Assembly (NCBI GenBank): GCA_951406725.2
Contig: OX597826.1
Span: 186,001-250,000, forward strand
Direction of reading: 5' to 3'
Length of the DNA stretch: 64,000 nt
From: Octopus vulgaris
Taxonomy: Eukaryota
The position numbers and the translations under genes were made by a program. Positions 57,128 through 64,000 of this stretch are shown here, piece by piece. The notes beneath the pieces are model-generated. The model was not told the DNA's origin, ran no database searches, and was given only the letters and a program-made list of their open reading frames with translations. Within the stretch, counting starts at the first letter, position 1; each line of letters begins with the position of its first letter.

Positions 57128-57523
57128 GTGTGTAAGTTTATATGTATGTATCCGTCTATATAATAGGTAACTGCACGTACATATACTTAATATTTATTAT
57201 TTATTTTTTGAGTATGCATGTATGAATAACTGCGCGTATATATATTTTACTATTTACTTATTTTTTGAGTATGCATGTAAGTATGAATATAAGGAGGCGC
57301 GTGTGTGTGTGTGTATGTGTAAGCATAGATATATGTATACTTTTACGCATGGGTGTACTTATGTGTATATATGGATGCGCGCGTGTGTGTGTGTGTGTAT
57401 GGGTACGCATGTACATGTGTATGTGCGTGTATGAGTATATGAGTATGTATGTATGTGTGTGCGTATATTTGTATATGTATGTATGTATATGTATGTGTGT
57501 GTATGAATATATATGTATATATG

Positions 57524-57555
<32 letters not shown>

Positions 57556-57774
57556 GATATATATATGCGCGTATATATATGTATGTATGTGGGTGTGTGT
57601 ATGTGTATAAATGTGTGTATGTATGGATGTATGGATGTATGTATGTATACGTATGTATGTGTATGTGTGTATATGTATGTATGTGTATGTGTGTATATAT
57701 GTGTATATGTGTGTATATGTGTATATATGTGTGTGTATGTATGTGTATGTATATATATGTGTATATATATGTGA

Positions 57775-57810
<36 letters not shown>

Positions 57811-58248
57811 GTATATATATATACATGTATGTATTTGTATGTAGGTGTACGTGTATGTGTGTGTATTTATATTTATTGGTGTATATGTATAGACTAGCCT
57901 TCTAAGAGTGTAGACATGAATCTGTAGGTACGCGTACGTATGTGTATATACGTGAATGTATGTAGATGTATGTATGTATGAATATAACGCGTGCGTGCGT
58001 GTATGTGTATGAGTGTACGAATGAGTGAGTGTACGTGATAAAAAGTGTGCGTGAGTGAATGAGTGCTTGTTTTCCAGTAGACAGATAAATGGACTGGCTG
58101 TCATAGCCAAGATGTTTGTGACCAAGCGGCCAAAGATAACAAAAGTAATAAACGAAGATAATAAAATTAAAATTAGGGAATGGGTCTGTATTTGTATGTG
58201 TATATATATATATGTGTGTATGTGTAGGTATGCATAGGTACACATATG

Positions 58249-58281
<33 letters not shown>

Positions 58282-58888
58282 ATGTATGTGTGTGTATATA
58301 TGTGTGTATGTGTATATATGTGTATATAGGGACTAGTGTGCTGTGTGTGCATGTGTGTGTGTGGATTTGTGTGTGTATGCGTGTATGTGAGTATGTGTGT
58401 GTATGTGTATATATATTTTTCTGTGTGTATATGTATGTGTGGTCGTGTGTGTATATATACATGTGTGTATACGTGTATGCATGTGAGTGTGTGTATGTAT
58501 ACATATATGTGTATGTGTAGATATGTATATGTATGTGTAAGTGTATATATATGTATATATATATGTGTGTGTATGTATGTGTGTATGTATATGTATATAT
58601 GTTTGTATGCGTGTGTATATATGTATACATATGTGCATAGGTATAAGTGAGAATCTCCTTATTTACCTAAAACTCTATTCCCCCTTTTTTATATATATAT
58701 ATATTTTTTTATTTTTTTTATTTATTTTTTTTTATTTTTTATTTATTCTTCTATCTAATTTAACACTGACTCCTTGACCACTCCCCCAAGTATGATATTT
58801 TGCGCTATGCCTACCCCCAAAATGTCCCCCACCAACACCCCTTTAAACCTGCCTAAATGTATAAATGCCAATACAATTCTTGTTAACT

Positions 58889-58939
58889 AGCTTCCTGAAG
58901 ATTTCTCTTGAATGAAACAGTTCTAGTCCTGTAGAAGCT
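58889..58939 (+). ncRNA. Minimal type I hammerhead ribozyme, intact core
   Basis: agcttc CTGAAGA tttctcttgaat GAAACAG ttctagtc CTGTA gaagct; predicted cleavage after 58933. Confidence 0.82.
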
Positions 58940-59022
58940 CCTTCTATATAATAAATTAATTTTACTCTGCAATGTATTGAGTACCTTATTTACTGTGGTT
59001 AACCCCGAATCAACCCGGGACC

Positions 59023-59118
<96 letters not shown>

Positions 59119-59121
<3 letters not shown>

Positions 59122-59851
59122 GGAGGCGCAATGGCCCAGTAGTTAGGATCGTAGGATCGCGGTTTCGATTCCCAGACCGGGCATTGTGAGTGTTTATTGA
59201 GCAAAAACACCTCAAGCTCTAGGAGGCTCCGGCAGGGGCTGGTGGTGAACCCTGCTGTACTCTTTCGCCACAACTTTCTCGCACTCTTTCTTCCTCTTTC
59301 TGTTGTACCTGAACTTCAGAGGACCAGCCTTGTCACACTCTGTGTCACGCTGAATTTCCCCGAGAACTACGTTAAGGGTACACGTGTCTGTGAAATGCTC
59401 GGCCACTTGCACGTTAATAAATGAGTTGCAACATCACTGGTGCCAAGTTGTATCTGCCTTTTCCTTTTCCTTGGATAACATTGGTAGCATGGAGAGGGGA
59501 GGCCGGTATGTATGGGCGACTGCTGGTCTTCCATAAACAACTTTGCCCAGACTTGTGCTTCCGAGGGTAACTTTCTAGGTGCAATCCCATGGTCATTCAA
59601 GACCGAAGGGGGGTCACACATATATAATTATATATGTATATATACACAATTAGATTTTGGAAAATAAAACGAATGGCTTACATCTGGCAGTTTACTGGTA
59701 AAGCACTGTCACTTTCACAGTGATCGTTATGTATATGGCAAAGGAAGGACGAAAGATGGAATGTACGAGAATTTTTTAATCATGATAATTGTTTTGACAC
59801 ATCTAACGTCGATCCCTCATGGGTGGGATACTCAAAAACTGGTTTAGGAGC

Positions 59852-59949
<98 letters not shown>

Positions 59950-61311
59950 CAGCAACGGAATGAATGAGACCTCGATATTATGTAAAATAGAGGAATTTAT
60001 CTATAAGTATAATATATAACAGTTAGTTGGCTGTCATAATAAAACTCAGAGTTTCGGATACGGGGTCTGAAGTCTGCTCCAGCATCTCATCAGTTATTAA
60101 GACAAAACGTTTTCATTCGCAGTTCCTTCCTCAAAATTTGTAGGCAGGAGCTCCAGAAGACAGAAGTCATATCAGTTCGTTAATTCTTCGGTGACGTTTC
60201 TCCAAGATCAGCTCATGGATTTTCATATTTTCAATTATTCGGTAGGTCGATGGATGTCCTGAACAAGGTTGGACTTCAAGCGACAAGTGACCATTCCTAA
60301 AGCGTGGAAATCACTCGTAAACTTGTGTTTTGCTCCTGACAAGTTCCTTGTAAGCTGTTTGAAGCGAAGTATGACAACGGTTTCAGCCGCCATTCGCCCC
60401 AGCAGAAAACAGGATTTTACAGAAGCATGCTATTCCTTCGTTTCAGCTGTCGCAAAAGTAGACGAACAGGGGAGAAGCATTGCAAAACAAAGACGCAGCC
60501 CATGGAAGTACAAAATCACCCGACGACCTACCCGGCCGATCTTACCAAGTCGTGTTGCTCTGCTTCACTTTGTTCTATAATCCTATTGAGAAACATCAGA
60601 AAAGAATACTATAATGAGATTAACTTTTATTATGTACTTATAATATTCCGCCGAGGTCGACGTTGCATTTCATTCTTTCGGGGTCGATAAAATAAGTACC
60701 AGGTGATTACTGGGATTGATGCTATCGGTATATCGCTTTCCCTGATATTGCTGGCCTTGTGCCAAAATTTGAAGCCATTATATACATATAATATGTAAAG
60801 CGTCGGTCTTGAATGTGTACTTGTTACGTGAAGAGCTGTGTAATACTTGGCGCCTAGTGACAATGAGGGAGATATTGCGTCCAAGTGCTACACATAAAAA
60901 ATGACAAAAGAGACTCTCTACACCCGCCTCAATATAAAGATCAAACATGAACTTTTTAATGTGAATAGGATATGAAAATCTGTACTGGTTTTTCATGTTG
61001 AAATGGCAGATAAAAGCAGATGTTTGAGCCAGTGAAGAGTTTGTTATGAGAGTGGTTGCGCGTAGGATTGAGTATGGGGTGACGAACAAATTACCAGGTT
61101 TAATAGAATTCAGATATTTTTTCGTAAACTTGTCTAACTGCATGACGAAGAAAGGAGAATTGAATTAATGCAAACACTATCACGGCTTCTCACACTATAT
61201 GCCCAAGTACACATCACGTGTGAAGACAGCTGGCGCGCACATCATTATCTAAAATTATTTACACATATACATATAAATAAATATAAATGTGTATGTACGT
61301 ATACAATATAT

Positions 61312-61315
<4 letters not shown>
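59119..61315 (+). repeat. Direct repeat A'
   Basis: Copy of 49765-52205 lacking about 240 bp of TATAAT-type minisatellite; a handful of substitutions. Confidence 0.95.
60037..60099 (-). ncRNA. Type I hammerhead ribozyme motif (duplicate of 50927-50989)
   Basis: Same motif, one substitution in stem II. Confidence 0.7.
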
Positions 61316-61394
<79 letters not shown>

Positions 61395-61396
<2 letters not shown>

Positions 61397-62324
61397 ATGA
61401 AATTATTGTATACAGTGCTCAGGTGCACCGCAACTTGTCAAAAGTGCGTATAAAGCATATGCAGTAATGTACAAATGTCTGGAAAGTGAACAGTGTATGA
61501 GTCAGAAACATGCTTGCGTGTGTATGGAGACGAGAAAATCAGGTGTAGTGTTGGCGAATCTCAGGAAGCATGAACGTTTTGAAGGATGCAGTGCTCCGAC
61601 AACTAACAACTTGATGCCAGCACTTTGTTCCATGCTTCAGCAACTCTCAGCGTGAAAAAATATTCCCGAAAGTCATGGGAGCTGTGCTGTTTTCTGACTT
61701 TGTAAACATGTCCACGGGTGTTAGACAGATGGAGTTTGAAAAGGTGATCAGAGTTATTGTTAGTTAGATGGTTAATAATTTTATGGGTGTCTGCCAAGTC
61801 AGCTGCCAGACATCGGAGTTTCAATGTATCCATGCCCAGGGAAGTAAGGAGTTCAGAATATGGCAAATGCTTGATGGAGGGTATTCTCTTGGTTGCACGT
61901 CACTGAACGGCTTCCAGACGATTAATATCTTGGGTAAGATAGGGGTTCCAGACTGGTGATGCAAATTCCAAGTGAGGTTGCACCATAGCTATATAAAGAC
62001 GCAGATAGATAGCCGGAGAGCGGCTTACAAAGGACTTGGTGAGTGATGCCAAGACACCCTCAGCCTTCTTGGCAATTGTAGCAATGTGTTTTGTCCAATG
62101 CAAATCGCTGTTGACAACAATGCCCAGGTCAAGTTCACAAGAAGACTTTTTGAGATTATTGTGGTGGAAGGAGTAAGTAGACGCTGGGTTTTCCTCCCAA
62201 AATGCATGGTGGTACATTTGTCAACAGCCAGCTTGAGTTGCCAGTCCATGACCCACTGGTACATTGTGTCCAGGTCTGATTGCAATAAAGATCTATAGTG
62301 TACAGGATCTGACCTCTTTATTTC

Positions 62325-62328
<4 letters not shown>
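61395..62328 (-). mobile_element. CR1-group LINE 3' fragment
   Basis: QSDLD...WQLKLAVDKC, DLGIVVNSDLHW, VQPHLEFASPVWNPY, NTRGHVYK, FFTLRVAEAWN. Confidence 0.88.
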
Positions 62329-62382
<54 letters not shown>

Positions 62383-62385
<3 letters not shown>

Positions 62386-62540
62386 ATGTAATATGTGACA
62401 ATTATTCGGTAACCATGATAAAACTCGGAGTTTTATCATGGTTACCGAATAATTGTCACACATTACATTTTACAGATAAATTCTTCTATTTACATAATAT
62501 CGAGGTCTCTTTCATTCTTTTGTTGTCTTACTGTTTTTAT

Positions 62541-62543
<3 letters not shown>
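62383..62543. mobile_element. Short fold-back element (44-bp arms) + 3' tail, in (TA)n
   Basis: 62383-62426 is the reverse complement of 62428-62471 (1 mismatch); tail homologous to the minus strand of 50838-50945. Confidence 0.8.
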
Positions 62544-62591
<48 letters not shown>

Positions 62592-62989
62592 TATATATAT
62601 ATATCTTAACTCTTTTACTCGTTTCAACCTTGCGGCTGTCCTCATGCTGGAGCACCACCATGGTCTTTCTGACTTCCTAAGTCTGGGTGTTTCACATCAC
62701 CACTCCTGTATGTACATTTTCTCCAGCTATTGGTACATTTGGTGCATAATTGAGTTTGATTCCGCTGCCCTCGTCTGTACCTCATGTCAAGCTGTTGGCT
62801 CATCCGGTATTGTGGGGAGGAGGATGTCTAGTTCCTTTTTGAAGACATCTACTTCCACCTTATGCAAATTTCTTAATTTTTGTGGCATGGCATTGAAGAG
62901 CTGTGGGTCTATGAACCCTAGACCATATGTATATATATATATGCGTGTGTATATACATATATATATATATATATATATTATTTTCTTTT

Positions 62990-63230
62990 CATTTACTCTT
63001 TTTATTTGGTTCAGTCATCTGACTGCGGCCATGCTGGAACACCGCCTTTAGTCGAGCAAATTGAACCTAGGACTTATTATTTGTAAGCCTAGTATTTATT
63101 CTATCGGTCTCTTTTTCCGAACCGCTAAGTTACGAGGACGTAAACACCAGCATCGGTTGTCAAGCGATGTTGAAGGAACAAACGCAGGCATACATACATA
63201 CATACATACATACATACATACATACATACA

Positions 63231-63262
<32 letters not shown>

Positions 63263-63400
63263 CGACCTGCTTCTTTCAATTTCCGTCTTCCAAATCCACT
63301 CACAAGGCTTTGGTCGGCCCGAGGTTATAGTTGAAGACACTTGCCCAAGATGCCACGCAGTGGGACTGAACTCAGAACCATGTGGCTGGTAAGCAAGCTA
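62990..63400 (-). mobile_element. tRNA-derived SINE (abundant family)
   Basis: Reverse complement of the 33052-type consensus with internal (CATA)n. Confidence 0.85.
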
Positions 63401-64000
63401 CGTTATTTCAAAAAATTTGTCATTATAGACAGTACAAAGAGTGTGTAGCTTTGCGGGCCGGACAAACACATTAATGAATGAAAATGAAATAAAAAGAATA
63501 AATGAGAGACGAAACCCAACACCCGCCGATTGGATTTTTCTCGAAAACATTTTTTTTTTAATATCAATATGAGGTTTCAAACCTCTTACAAGAAGGAGGC
63601 ACTAAAACTTCTTACTTAACATGTCTTTTTTTTTAAACACACAATTGAGGTTATAAACCACTACAAATAATACAATAAGATGAGGTTTCAAACCCTCTAA
63701 CGAGGCTTTTTCACCTCCTACTTTTCGATATATCCATCGGTATATTCATCATTATCTTCAATGCCGCTTGAGTTCCTGTATCCCGCCATTTCCCATGCCT
63801 CACGCATGTTGGACATGTAAGTCGTGTAAGGGCCACCCGGCCATATGCGACACTCCTCCCCAAATCCTTTAAGCCTTTCCCACAACGGAAACCTTATGAC
63901 CTCCACAGCTATGTGCGGAGGCCATTCGGGATCCCGTGTGAAGAGCATATCTACTGTCTCTTTACACACTCGTCTTTTGTTTTTTGTAAATTCTCACTTT

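Larger units (their letters stand above)
52261..59025. mobile_element. Giant fold-back element: arms 52261-55875 and 55923-58948, 47-bp spacer, HHR near each outer end, 3' tail to 59025
   Basis: Unique anchors mirrored; ORF 53445-53627(-) equals 58055-58237(+), and 54385-54597(-) differs by one residue from 57222-57434(+). Confidence 0.88.

Overview
Gene-free, extremely microsatellite-rich eukaryotic DNA. The repeat content (tRNA-derived SINEs with internal (TA/TG)n, Dong/R4, Tx1, RTE and CR1 LINE relics, maT/Tc1, Helitrons) looks like a coleoid cephalopod genome, probably Octopus; that assignment is inference. No host exon could be supported, and almost all ORFs in the track are simple-repeat artefacts. 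The standout signal is a set of about 10 type I hammerhead ribozyme (HHR) motifs (CUGANGA...GAAAC...GUH closed by stem I) from several unrelated sequence families. They sit in Penelope-like fold-back elements at (TA)n tracts, and one is physically linked to a Penelope GIY-YIG C-terminus. The fold-back arms range from about 42 bp to about 3 kb, and several junctions coincide with ribozyme landmarks. The largest palindrome (52261-59025) is flanked by a near-identical 2.2-2.4 kb direct duplication. A full-length Tx1/L1-clade LINE and a truncated relative sit in tandem inside (GATA)n arrays, and Dong/R4 elements sit in (TAA)n arrays. All coordinates were read by eye and are approximate to a few bases.
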